IMG/VR virus record: IMGVR_UViG_3300022200_004366
Reading direction: 5' to 3' (one strand)
Length of the DNA stretch: 20,000 nt
DNA from: an uncultured virus (IMG/VR IMGVR_UViG_3300022200_004366)
Taxonomy: Duplodnaviria > Heunggongvirae > Uroviricota > Caudoviricetes
The position numbers were made by a program, and so were the translations under genes. This document shows positions 1 to 9,092 of the stretch, piece by piece. How positions within the stretch are numbered: position 1 is the stretch's first letter; the number at the start of each line of letters is the position of its first letter. The notes under the pieces were generated by a model, which did no database searches, had not been told where the DNA came from, and saw only the letters and a program-made list of their open reading frames with translations.

Positions 1-1748
1 TTAACCAAACACCCAGATACTAAATGTTGTCTGGCATCGCCTAACCCGGCACCAATGGAAACAGTTGCTCCAATATCGTTTTTAAAGTACCCGGTAGTTT
101 CGTTAACTAGTGTTGTACTGCGTTCCCAATACATTCCTAGGCTTAATAAGCTGTAACGTGTAAATTTATTGTAGTAAAAATGTAATATGCTTCTGTCAGC
201 TAACAAAGGTTCTAATTGATTTCTAATGGCGCTTTCGATATCATTACTATCAACAAAAGTAAAATTAAAATTTCTTTCTTTTATTTCTTCATATAAAATA
301 CCATCACTGGCAAACGAATTAACACTTGAATATTTTCCAGTTGGATCTACTAGATCAATATATCTACTGGTTCCAATATTGGTGCGATTAACTGCTTTAC
401 TTTTAATGATACTGGTAAATTGGCTGTATGGGAAATTATTATAATCTTCGCCATTGACCATTCTATTCTGTGTGTAAAAGCGAGCTGGTGCGCGGCGTTT
501 GATGTCTGCTAGCGTTTCTCTAGCACGACTGTTGCTTACATTTTCTTGCAATCCTAATGTGAATATAAGATTTTCAATGCGGCCTTTGCGACTTACATAA
601 GAGACAGTAACGTCGACACTTTGAATTTCGTTTGGGTTAATTATATATTCCAGACCATTTGAGCTGCGAACATACACACGGAATGTGCCCACTGGAATTT
701 CAGAAAACACTCCGTCACCAAAATTTAATGTAATTTGATCTAATGATCTGCTGGATACACTAAACAACTTTCTGTTTGCCCCAACCTCTTGAACTCGGCT
801 ACTTCCGTAGATATTACTAACTTCTGTCCATACTTCTTCGATATCGCCAGTTGTAGAATTGACTTTGTATAACCAAATATCGGTACTATTAATTCCGTCG
901 ATATTAATATCAACAGTTCTATTAGAAATCTTTTCGTTTAGATTAAAGTCTCTTGATTGTAACGCACCTTGTTTAAAACTAAAAAAGTAGCCGGTGTTAG
1001 TACTTCCAAACCCTAACCCATCATCTCTATATAATAGATTCAAGTCACCATTGATCTTTGGTGCTGGCTCGTATACATAAGTCTTATTAACACTGGTTGC
1101 GCTTATTACTTCAAACGACATTGGAATTCCATCAACAGTCGCGTTAAATGGAATGGCTGGAACAACCCCAGATGCTAAATTAATGGTATATTCACTGGTA
1201 TTGATATCTAGAATGGATGCTTTGTTTCCAGGATTTCCTACGGTCTGACTATTAACCAGCGCAGCATTAATGATAGCTTTAAATTGTTCTTGCCAGTCTG
1301 GATTAGTACGATCGTTCCATTTGATAGTTACATTTGAAAGATTATTTCTATTGTAATCAAGAACTCCTTCGGTTGTTCTAACAGCAGTTACTTTTAAATA
1401 ACCTTTAGCAGTTTGGTTACGTTTTGGTGTGTATCCAATTAATTTTGATAGATTAACTACGGAATCACGACGTTCTGCTGTATCTAAAAAGTTTTCGCGG
1501 CTATTTAAGTCTACACGAAATGACAATGACTGGCCCATAAAAGCCATTAGGTCAAGCAATGCTACAAATTCACTAGATTCAACAAAGTCGTTAAAACTTT
1601 CTGGATAATATTGGCGCAGATAATCTACGAATGTTTTACGTAATGTTTCAAAGTTGTAACTTTGAAAGTCTGCTTCTCTATAAGTTTGATAGATTCGTTT
1701 CCAATCTTCAATACCAAAAATAGTAGTCTGACGTGAAGTTGTAGCCAT
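1..1748 (-). CDS. gp6: Baseplate wedge subunit, T4 gp6-like (3' end outside the window)
   Basis: Not in the ORF track; translated by hand from the ATG at 1748: MATTSRQTTIFGIEDWKRIYQTYREADFQSYNFETLRKTFVDYLRQYYPESFNDFVESSEFVALLDLMAF...ENFLDTAERRDSVVNLSKLIGYTPKR...LNFGDGVF...APARFYTQNRMVNGEDY. The 'E.FLDTA..R.SV...K.IGY.P', 'FGDG' and 'QNR.V...DY' motifs are typical of gp6-like wedges. It follows gp25 and is open to the window edge. Confidence 0.88.
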   Translation of the reverse strand, partial: MATTSRQTTIFGIEDWKRIYQTYREADFQSYNFETLRKTFVDYLRQYYPESFNDFVESSEFVALLDLMAFMGQSLSFRVDLNSRENFLDTAERRDSVVNLSKLIGYTPKRNQTAKGYLKVTAVRTTEGVLDYNRNNLSNVTIKWNDRTNPDWQEQFKAIINAALVNSQTVGNPGNKASILDINTSEYTINLASGVVPAIPFNATVDGIPMSFEVISATSVNKTYVYEPAPKINGDLNLLYRDDGLGFGSTNTGYFFSFKQGALQSRDFNLNEKISNRTVDINIDGINSTDIWLYKVNSTTGDIEEVWTEVSNIYGSSRVQEVGANRKLFSVSSRSLDQITLNFGDGVFSEIPVGTFRVYVRSSNGLEYIINPNEIQSVDVTVSYVSRKGRIENLIFTLGLQENVSNSRARETLADIKRRAPARFYTQNRMVNGEDYNNFPYSQFTSIIKSKAVNRTNIGTSRYIDLVDPTGKYSSVNSFASDGILYEEIKERNFNFTFVDSNDIESAIRNQLEPLLADRSILHFYYNKFTRYSLLSLGMYWERSTTLVNETTGYFKNDIGATVSIGAGLGDARQHLVSGCLV

Positions 1749-1775
1749 GTTATAATACTCTTACTTTATAATCGT

Positions 1776-1803
1776 ATTATTTATGGAAGTTATAAACGGC
1801 GTA
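1776..1803 (-). promoter_or_regulatory. Putative late promoter: CATAAATA core with an upstream TACGCCGTTTAT element
   Basis: Minus strand reads TACGCCGTTTATAACTTCCATAAATAAT, ending 27 nt upstream of the gp6-like ATG. The core is one mismatch from the T4 late promoter TATAAATA. A near-identical copy lies at 11634-11661. Confidence 0.7.
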
Positions 1804-1805
1804 GT

Positions 1806-2180
1806 TTATACAATATTTACTGTGTTGGTTTCTTCGTTAAATTCTACCCAGACCGTTTCAGGATTTCTATTTGGATTAATAGTTACATTTAATTCTAGTA
1901 CGACTGTGTGTTCATCAGTTGTTACTACCACATCATTTAACGTAAGACGTAAATCATATCGTGTAACACGTTCTAGCTCTTTAGTTATTTTTCTAATTAA
2001 ATCTGGAGTTCTGGCTTCAAAGATAAAGTTCCAAATACGGGTACCTACATCAGGCTTACCTGGTAGTTCTCCTTCTCTAATAGACAACAGATTAAGAAGA
2101 TTACGTTTAACTAACTCGTTGTCAGTTACTGTAAACTTTTTATATCTGTCGATTGTACTAAATCCTTTAAAGCGTGCCAT
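1806..2180 (-). CDS. gp25: Baseplate wedge / sheath initiator, gp25 (GPW_gp25) family
   Basis: 124 aa with the gp25 signature 'D.ELVKRNLLNLL.IREGE.PG.PDVGT.IWNFIFE...YD.RL'; directly upstream of the gp6-like gene. Confidence 0.9.
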   Translation of the reverse strand: MARFKGFSTIDRYKKFTVTDNELVKRNLLNLLSIREGELPGKPDVGTRIWNFIFEARTPDLIRKITKELERVTRYDLRLTLNDVVVTTDEHTVVLELNVTINPNRNPETVWVEFNEETNTVNIV

Positions 2181-2185
2181 AATTT

Positions 2186-3397
2186 TTATACCAATGTTAG
2201 ACCATTACTATTATTTACTGTTTTACAGGTCCAAGTTCCGCCGGCGTCTTCGCATTCTGCTTTTGTTGGTCCAATAAGTGTTGGATCAGAACACGAACAT
2301 ACTTCAATTGAACCTGTTGTTCCAGAAAAAGAATCTTTTAAATTACTTAATGACGGTAGTTGGAAATTAGTAGCACTTACAATACCTGTATAGTTAGGAG
2401 CTGCTACTTTACTGTTTCCAATTAAACTGTTCACTACAGTATCAATGCCGTCTCTTTTAACGGTTTGTGTTACCGCTGGTGGTGTTACTGTTGTTGGCCC
2501 ACCACCACCGCCAAATAATCCACCTAATCCGCCAAGGAGGCCACCAAGCGCACCACCGAGAGCCCCTAACGCACCTCCTAGCACACTGCTTAATGCATCT
2601 GAAACACCACCGATTAAATTACCAGCAACATCACTAACAGCACTAATACCACCAATGCTTCCTGCTATTTCACTTAAACTACCACTTAATGTTCCAGACA
2701 CGTTTCCTAATAGATCACCAGTTCCAGATGTAAACATACTTGTTAGTTTAGTATCAACAAAATCCACAGAAAAGCCGGCGCCACGTGCGACTGTATCTAA
2801 ACTTAGAGAATTTACTGCGCTTAATCCCTCGCCTAATACATTTCCAGCGGCTGACCCTCCAGGAACAGTTCCTAACCAATCAGCAGTGGTACCAACTCCA
2901 AAATCAGAAGCTACGCTTGTAATACTCGCAACTACGTTTGGCGATTCAAATCCTGAAATAATGTTTGATGATTTAAGATCAGCTAAGCTATTTCCCATTA
3001 TTTCTGTGGACATTGTTGTTTGGACCGCGCTATTGCCGAGAACATCGTTAACAGAATTAATAGCATCTTTTCCGGTCCAAACACTAGAACTGTTTAGTAC
3101 ATTAGAAATTTGTCCTGGGTCATCCAAAAATCTATCTACTGTTCCAGCCTTTAAAAAGCCAGCATTTTCAAGTGCGCTAGGAGTTAAATTATATTTTCCA
3201 ACTCCACCAGTAAGTAAATTATTTGGAGCGTTAATTCTACTAGTCATTTCGTCGATTGAAAGACTGTTAGAACTAGCTACTGTTTTGGCTTTTTGCGCAA
3301 GTACTGTACCAAGCTGGTCGGTGCTCATTGAACCAACAGTCGATGTTACTCGATCTTGTATCGCTAAATCGTTGACATTAACTCCTAAGATAGCCAT
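2186..3397 (-). CDS. Virion/baseplate-associated protein with a lysozyme-like N-terminal segment, a Gly-rich hydrophobic stretch and a Cys-containing C-terminus
   Basis: 403 aa, coupled to the spike gene by a TAATG overlap at 3397. Motifs GVGKYNLTPSALENAGFLK and VWTGKDAINSVNDVLGN resemble lysozyme-like domains of phage tail proteins (recalled similarity, unverified). Also contains GGALGALGGALGGLLGGLGGLFGGGGG and CSC...C...GGTWTC. Confidence 0.55.
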   Translation of the reverse strand: MAILGVNVNDLAIQDRVTSTVGSMSTDQLGTVLAQKAKTVASSNSLSIDEMTSRINAPNNLLTGGVGKYNLTPSALENAGFLKAGTVDRFLDDPGQISNVLNSSSVWTGKDAINSVNDVLGNSAVQTTMSTEIMGNSLADLKSSNIISGFESPNVVASITSVASDFGVGTTADWLGTVPGGSAAGNVLGEGLSAVNSLSLDTVARGAGFSVDFVDTKLTSMFTSGTGDLLGNVSGTLSGSLSEIAGSIGGISAVSDVAGNLIGGVSDALSSVLGGALGALGGALGGLLGGLGGLFGGGGGPTTVTPPAVTQTVKRDGIDTVVNSLIGNSKVAAPNYTGIVSATNFQLPSLSNLKDSFSGTTGSIEVCSCSDPTLIGPTKAECEDAGGTWTCKTVNNSNGLTLV

Positions 3398-4905
3398 TAC
3401 TCTTTTTTCACTCCTATGTTAGAAATTGAATTAAGTTTGTTGGTCACTGATTCGCTCGCTTCTGCAGTTCCACCAGTTTCATATTCTACTTGTACAATAA
3501 CACCTTTATTATGATGTATGTAAGGCTCGTGAGTTGGAGCTCTCGAAACAATACTTTCAAGTTCGCCTTCGGTGCTTTCCCACCCAGCATCACCGTGCTT
3601 GGTATCTGGCAATTTCGTTCGTGTTCCATATACAGGAGGGCTATTAGGAATGCTTGGACCAGTGTTTAATAACACAAATGATCCATTGACTAGAGTTGGT
3701 CCTGTTGAATCCAAACTTGTTGACACAGTACCCGACAAAGCTAACGTGCCATCAGCTTTAACACTGATTCCTTTTGTGCTATACATGTTAATACTTTTTT
3801 CACCGATTAAACTTAACACTTCTTCGCCTTCAACAAATGTTGCTTTTTTACCGTGTAAACTAGCCGCAACACCGCCGTATAAATTTAGATTCTGATCGGC
3901 GTGAATATTTACATCGCCTTGCGAACGTAGGTTAATAGAATTAGCAGCATACATATCAATTGTGCCTTCTTTTCCTAATTCAACCCAAGACTGCCCATTG
4001 GCATGTATAATATGAATACAATTTCCATCATCGCTCAGAAGGATTTGATGGCCTTTGCCTGTTCTGATTCTAATTAAATTATCATTGCCGGTTAAATCTC
4101 CGTCATCTAAAATCAACGAATGTCCACCACGTCTTCCAATAACTTTGAAATCGTCTTTGGTAACATCTGTGTTTAAACTTTGTTTAATGTTATATTCGGT
4201 GGCACCACTTTCATAAATTGGTCTGCCTGGTGTATTGACTCCAAATGTAGCACTTGGCGATTCTCTGTATGCCGACGAGCCAATTGGCCCACGCTGAGGA
4301 TCTTTAATTAGTCCTTGTTGGTACATAACTGCCGCAACATAACTGTGTACCGGGCGTGGCTGGTCAAAACTACGATCATTTTCTCTAATAGATGTATCTT
4401 GATTGTTAATTTCTGCGACCGGTAATCTAGACGCACCAGAGTAGCGTTTAGATTCTTCGTCGTTGTTAAATTCAAACTTAGAGCTGGCTCCAATACCTGG
4501 AACCATATGCATTAAGTCTGGGTCAGGAATACTGCCAACATAATATCCTTGGTTAGCATCACCTGCTACAAAAAAGCAAAGAACTTTAGTACCAATATCT
4601 GGAATTGTAAACCACATGCCATAACTGTGTGGATTTCCAACATATTGTCCTGTACCTTCACTATTGCCCGAAGGCATTGTACTACCAAAGAAAGGACTTA
4701 GATAACGAACCGTGCGCCAGGTGCTGGAATCACTTTTATCATTGGACCCAAATTCTGGAATGTATACCTGAACACGTCCAATACGTGCCGGGTCATGATT
4801 TCCCATTACTTCGCCAACAAAAGGTCCTGACTCAGCCGGATACCCACCACGGTCAAGTTTGTAGTTTCCAGGACGTCCTCTATTTCTTGCTAAATTTTCA
4901 GCCAT
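3397..4905 (-). CDS. gp5: Baseplate central spike, gp5/VgrG-like (OB-fold plus beta-helix)
   Basis: 502 aa. N-terminal OB-fold motifs: 'V.GN.DP.R.GRVQV.IP' and 'GMWF.IPDIGTKVLCFFVAGD.NQGYYVG'. Beta-helix-type repeats: 'GGHSLILDD', 'IRIRTGKGHQILLSD', 'SWVELGKEGTIDMYA.NSINLRSQGDVNIHAD.NLNL'. Confidence 0.85.
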   Translation of the reverse strand: MAENLARNRGRPGNYKLDRGGYPAESGPFVGEVMGNHDPARIGRVQVYIPEFGSNDKSDSSTWRTVRYLSPFFGSTMPSGNSEGTGQYVGNPHSYGMWFTIPDIGTKVLCFFVAGDANQGYYVGSIPDPDLMHMVPGIGASSKFEFNNDEESKRYSGASRLPVAEINNQDTSIRENDRSFDQPRPVHSYVAAVMYQQGLIKDPQRGPIGSSAYRESPSATFGVNTPGRPIYESGATEYNIKQSLNTDVTKDDFKVIGRRGGHSLILDDGDLTGNDNLIRIRTGKGHQILLSDDGNCIHIIHANGQSWVELGKEGTIDMYAANSINLRSQGDVNIHADQNLNLYGGVAASLHGKKATFVEGEEVLSLIGEKSINMYSTKGISVKADGTLALSGTVSTSLDSTGPTLVNGSFVLLNTGPSIPNSPPVYGTRTKLPDTKHGDAGWESTEGELESIVSRAPTHEPYIHHNKGVIVQVEYETGGTAEASESVTNKLNSISNIGVKKE

Positions 4906-4915
4906 TTCTTACCTC

Positions 4916-7900
4916 TTACAACGGTTTGAATTTTGCCCATTTTCCTGTATCATTATCGTAATATTCTGTTTCTTCGTATTGTTTTAAGTCCGGGCGCCAT
5001 GTGTATCTAACACGTGTTCCATAAAGAGCAACATAATCTTCATAAGGTTCGTATATACCTTGATCAATTGCTTTTATTTGTTTATCTAGCGCATTTTTAC
5101 TACTGGCTCCAATTTCTTGTCCTTTATATGTAAAGTATTGCTGCCCTTCTTCGTCAGTATCAGTTAAAGTAACACCTTCTGGTAAACTTGACGTTGGTAT
5201 TGTTTCAGGCTCTGTCCATCCTGTACCTGTATTAATCTTAGGCGGTAGTTGGAAATCAGTATTGGCTCGTTCAATTGGAATGTCAGCTTCAGTTGGCGGT
5301 ATTGTTTGTGTTCCTTGAGAAGGTGTATACTCGGTATCATTGCTAGTTTTGGGTTGTGTACTAACATTAGCAACTTCTGGACTAGGATCTTGTGCGATTG
5401 GTTGATCTGCTAGGAATCGAACATCGTCTTCACCAACATAATATTCAGCGGCGGCGGTTTCATCGCCATCAAAAAAGTCAGCTAACTCGTCATCAATTTG
5501 TTGTACTCCAAGTTCTTCCGGGGTGTATGCCTTTCTAGGTGCGTTAATATCGCTTTCTGTAATTCTTCCACCACCGAGACCAGCTGATATATCTGATATT
5601 GTACTTTGACTTCCAGTGACATTAGCTGCTTCAATTTGTGATTTTCTTCTTGGGTTATAGAATACACCTTCGCGACCGTCAAGTGTTCCTTTGTAAGCAG
5701 CTTCTGTATCGTAGTATTGTAACAAAGTTCCTTTAAGAACTTGTTTAAACTCTCCACGTGACAATATAGTCTTGATTTCATTAGCTCTATAATTTAAACT
5801 TACAGTACCACTTCCATAATTTTCTATACTGGTTGTATCTTTTTGATCAATATCCATTAGTCCGTTTTGCGCATAGTCTGATGGCGTTTTATATCTAACG
5901 TTAAACACAACTTCGCTAGAATCATAGTTAATCGAGCCGTCTTTCATAAACGGCGAAACACCTACATCTCTGACAGAGACACTTGGACTATAAAATACTT
6001 CGCTTTGTGCCATCCAGTCTGGGTCACCTAAAATAGTTAACTCAATTTGCGCAGTATCGGCTGGACTGTATAATAAATCAGCAGCATACGCTACAGGTTC
6101 ATTGCTTCGACTACCACTGGAACCAACGGCACTTTGATTTGAGCGTGGCATATAAAATTTATTGGCTACGTGTATTGTATTAGTTACTGGCAAATCTATT
6201 CCAACATTTGGCTCGGGCCCAAATTGCTGAAAATACAAATAATTAAAATCTTGCTTAAAGTCTAACACTTCAGTGTTTTTTCCTGTAAACCAGTAGTCAT
6301 ATTCTTTATGCGCACCTAAGAAAAGTGATGGCGGGAAATAACGACTCTGAACGTCGTTGACTCTGTATGTACTGATTAGATAGCGAATTTCATATGCGTA
6401 ATTGTTAGTTTTATTATCGTAGTTTGTAGGTTTAACTTCAGATCTAATCTTATACCAAACAAATGCTTCGTTTTCACCAGTGGTAGATGATATTTGATTT
6501 TTCTTTTCGGGATTAATCTTTGCCTTTCCGGTTACTTCGTCAATTATAACATTCTGCTGTGAACTTAAATAGGTACTATTTTTTAATACAGTTTCAATAG
6601 CTTGTATAATACTAGTACCTGCCGGTATAGAATAGGATTTATTATCTTTGTCCACTACATTTTTGTTTCCGTCAAGTTGAGTTGATGGATTAGATGTGGC
6701 TGTTGGCATGGCCGTTTTTTCTTTGGTTACACTACCTGGCTTCCGGGTCAATGCGTCACTAATGCCTGATCCTGGCTCAAATTCAATTTTATATACACAG
6801 GGATAATCAATTATGCCTGAGTTTTGTAGTTTTATTTGTTCTTTGTTTAATGCTGCTGTTAATCCAGTGAACACAGTATTAGTAGCGGTCGTAGAAGCTG
6901 TTGCTTCGCCAGCGAGAACTTCTTTTACGGTACCGCCAGTGATTTCCATATTAAACGGAATACGCGAATGTGTGTCATTAAGTGGCCAAAAACTCTGGGG
7001 GCATACTGCTTCGCAATTATATTGAATTACATCATTTACGACGCTAAATGAAATCCCAGTAAACTTAAATGGTATGAATTTTTCTGTAACAGATTTTGTA
7101 TCGCTTGTAGTTTCTTGTTTTCCAATGGTATTACCGTCAAGAATGTTTCCGTATTCATCATACCCATAAAATCTAACAACCATTAAAAACATAGCCGCAG
7201 CGTAATTAATGTTACTAGCAGAAGCTCCTTCACTGAGCATGTAGTCTTTGATTGATGCGTGTAATCTGTTTAAAAAACTTAATCCGTTTGGTTCAATAAT
7301 TTTAAATTTTAAATCAAAAATGTTGTGTGCGGCTTGAGCACTAGTACCAGAAACAATGCCATTAAATTCAATATCGTCGATATAAAAATCTAAATTAAAG
7401 TGTGGGCTTCTACGGGCGCCATAATTTCCGGTGTTTTGTTGCGAATTTCCACTGGATGAATTTGCTCCAGCACTTTGTATCAAAAGAGTCATTCCGTTAA
7501 CGCTCTTAACACCAGTGCTGACCATTTCAGCATAACGTGCGGCAGTCATTGCGTATACGCTAACAGAATATGTCATAGTCGCAAACTTTTTAAAAGCATT
7601 TTCTCTTGGAATAATTTTTTCATAAAAAATTGACCCGGTGGCACTTCGTGCGCTAGTAGCCGGTGACGGCTGTGCTTCACTACCGAGAGGATCTTCTTTA
7701 TTTTTTTGCGCCACTGGTCCAATCGGATCGAGCCCTGGTCCAGTTCCAAATCTGCCGCCTACACCATCGAACCCACTTGTTGTGCCATCTTCTCCAGGTT
7801 CACCACGATATTGGCTGCTGTCTTGAACTGTTGGTTGCGTTTCTGCCGTTGATAACTTTGGATTTCCAATAACTTCAGCTTCTGGGACAGGATTAGTAGG

Positions 7901-8785
7901 TGTAGCATTTTCATCATACGCCTGTTGAGATTCGATTACTTCAGCACCGGCACTGTTTTGTGGTACCACTGGTTCGGCGAATTGATTGTTTAAAGCAGGT
8001 GTAACAAACGTAGTTGTTTGTGTATTACCAGCAGCAAATGGAGCCGCTGTTATCGCCGAGCCCGGCTCCATTAAAATTTCTGTATTTGGAGGTAAAACAA
8101 CAATGCCGCCGTCGGTAGCGATATAATCGCCATTTGCTGCCTGTTGTACACCTGTGCCAAGCTGAGCTGATGTTGATGGTCCAGGGGTGATGTATAAATC
8201 GCCATTTTCAGCTAATCTAACCTGACTGCCAGTTCCGACATTAATGCCTCCAGAAGTTGGGTTAAATTCTGTAGCCCGTGTTGGTGCCATTACCGGTGGA
8301 GTTTCTACACCAGGTATCGCAATAGACACAGCCGATGGTCCTGTAGTCACTGATTTGTACGACTGTCCAGGTATTGGAGTTACTATTGTGACCGGAGCAT
8401 TGACCGCAGCATCTTGCGCTAAATCTAACTGATTAATGTTTGCCGATGTAGCATAGCTAGCCTGCGGCGCAATCAATGGATTGTTTAGACCGGTCTGAGC
8501 TGGGGGTAATACTCCATACGAAGAATTTGCTGGTGTACTAATCGAAGTCTGTGTTGGAGTTTTGAAATATTTTGCTCCTTCACTTTGTTTCCAGGCGAAG
8601 TAACCGTCTTTGCCTGTTGCCGGAATAGGACTTAGACCTGGATCACCAATAAAAATTGATGGTACATCTCCGGCTTCACCAGACACTGGGTTCACGCGAA
8701 TAGCACTTACAATTTGATCGCCATTCCTAAGTATGCTAGTCCAAACGTCACCGTTTTTATCAACGTAATAATTTGAATCAGCCAC
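4916..8785 (-). CDS. Large baseplate hub-like protein (probable gp27/tail protein D equivalent) with low-complexity N- and C-terminal extensions
   Basis: 1289 aa with a GTG start. It sits between the gp53-like and gp5-like genes, the position a hub gene usually occupies. The globular core (about aa 390-1025) has 'FYIDDIEF', 'FKIIEPNGLSFL', 'ELTILGDPDW' and 'YRANEIKTILSRGEFKQVLKG'. The flanks are Pro/Thr/Ala/Gly-rich or acidic. Confidence 0.6.
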   Translation of the reverse strand: MADSNYYVDKNGDVWTSILRNGDQIVSAIRVNPVSGEAGDVPSIFIGDPGLSPIPATGKDGYFAWKQSEGAKYFKTPTQTSISTPANSSYGVLPPAQTGLNNPLIAPQASYATSANINQLDLAQDAAVNAPVTIVTPIPGQSYKSVTTGPSAVSIAIPGVETPPVMAPTRATEFNPTSGGINVGTGSQVRLAENGDLYITPGPSTSAQLGTGVQQAANGDYIATDGGIVVLPPNTEILMEPGSAITAAPFAAGNTQTTTFVTPALNNQFAEPVVPQNSAGAEVIESQQAYDENATPTNPVPEAEVIGNPKLSTAETQPTVQDSSQYRGEPGEDGTTSGFDGVGGRFGTGPGLDPIGPVAQKNKEDPLGSEAQPSPATSARSATGSIFYEKIIPRENAFKKFATMTYSVSVYAMTAARYAEMVSTGVKSVNGMTLLIQSAGANSSSGNSQQNTGNYGARRSPHFNLDFYIDDIEFNGIVSGTSAQAAHNIFDLKFKIIEPNGLSFLNRLHASIKDYMLSEGASASNINYAAAMFLMVVRFYGYDEYGNILDGNTIGKQETTSDTKSVTEKFIPFKFTGISFSVVNDVIQYNCEAVCPQSFWPLNDTHSRIPFNMEITGGTVKEVLAGEATASTTATNTVFTGLTAALNKEQIKLQNSGIIDYPCVYKIEFEPGSGISDALTRKPGSVTKEKTAMPTATSNPSTQLDGNKNVVDKDNKSYSIPAGTSIIQAIETVLKNSTYLSSQQNVIIDEVTGKAKINPEKKNQISSTTGENEAFVWYKIRSEVKPTNYDNKTNNYAYEIRYLISTYRVNDVQSRYFPPSLFLGAHKEYDYWFTGKNTEVLDFKQDFNYLYFQQFGPEPNVGIDLPVTNTIHVANKFYMPRSNQSAVGSSGSRSNEPVAYAADLLYSPADTAQIELTILGDPDWMAQSEVFYSPSVSVRDVGVSPFMKDGSINYDSSEVVFNVRYKTPSDYAQNGLMDIDQKDTTSIENYGSGTVSLNYRANEIKTILSRGEFKQVLKGTLLQYYDTEAAYKGTLDGREGVFYNPRRKSQIEAANVTGSQSTISDISAGLGGGRITESDINAPRKAYTPEELGVQQIDDELADFFDGDETAAAEYYVGEDDVRFLADQPIAQDPSPEVANVSTQPKTSNDTEYTPSQGTQTIPPTEADIPIERANTDFQLPPKINTGTGWTEPETIPTSSLPEGVTLTDTDEEGQQYFTYKGQEIGASSKNALDKQIKAIDQGIYEPYEDYVALYGTRVRYTWRPDLKQYEETEYYDNDTGKWAKFKPL

Positions 8786-8786
8786 G

Positions 8787-9092
8787 TTAGAATCCTAGTG
8801 CTTCTCTTAGGGTAGTTAACTGCGGCAAAAATATCTTTTTACCTACTACAAAATCGCCCAATGGGTCAACTAGCGTGTTAGGATTTCTTTGAGCAAATAC
8901 CCACCAGAGATCAGAACTCCCATATAGGTCATATGCTAACAAATCTGGACGAAGATTATAAATTTGATTAATTGTAAACAGTTTATCGTCAGGATTTTTA
9001 GGTATTGGACGGTTACTCATTAAATCTAAATAAAATTCAGTAGTTCCTGTTTTATAATATGGGCTTGTTGGTTTATATGTTGTATCAGCCAT
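8787..9092 (-). CDS. gp53: Baseplate wedge protein, gp53-like / LysM-like (tail X-type)
   Basis: 101 aa with 'RPDLLAYDLYGSSDLWWVFAQRN...DP..DF..GKKIFLP', the LysM-like signature of gp53-type wedge proteins. Confidence 0.8.
   Translation of the reverse strand: MADTTYKPTSPYYKTGTTEFYLDLMSNRPIPKNPDDKLFTINQIYNLRPDLLAYDLYGSSDLWWVFAQRNPNTLVDPLGDFVVGKKIFLPQLTTLREALGF

Noticed and set aside
1783..2277. 164-aa plus-strand ORF starting MEVING, and the similar MEFING in ORF 11575-11808
   Set aside because: The ORF is antisense to gp25. The shared peptide is only a by-product of the repeated 28-bp DNA motif, which is better explained as a minus-strand promoter.
2445..3422. 325-aa plus-strand Pro-rich ORF
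   Set aside because: It is the antisense shadow of the Gly-rich 403-aa gene (GGN codons read as Pro on the other strand). It has no RBS or recognisable motifs and opposes the operon direction.
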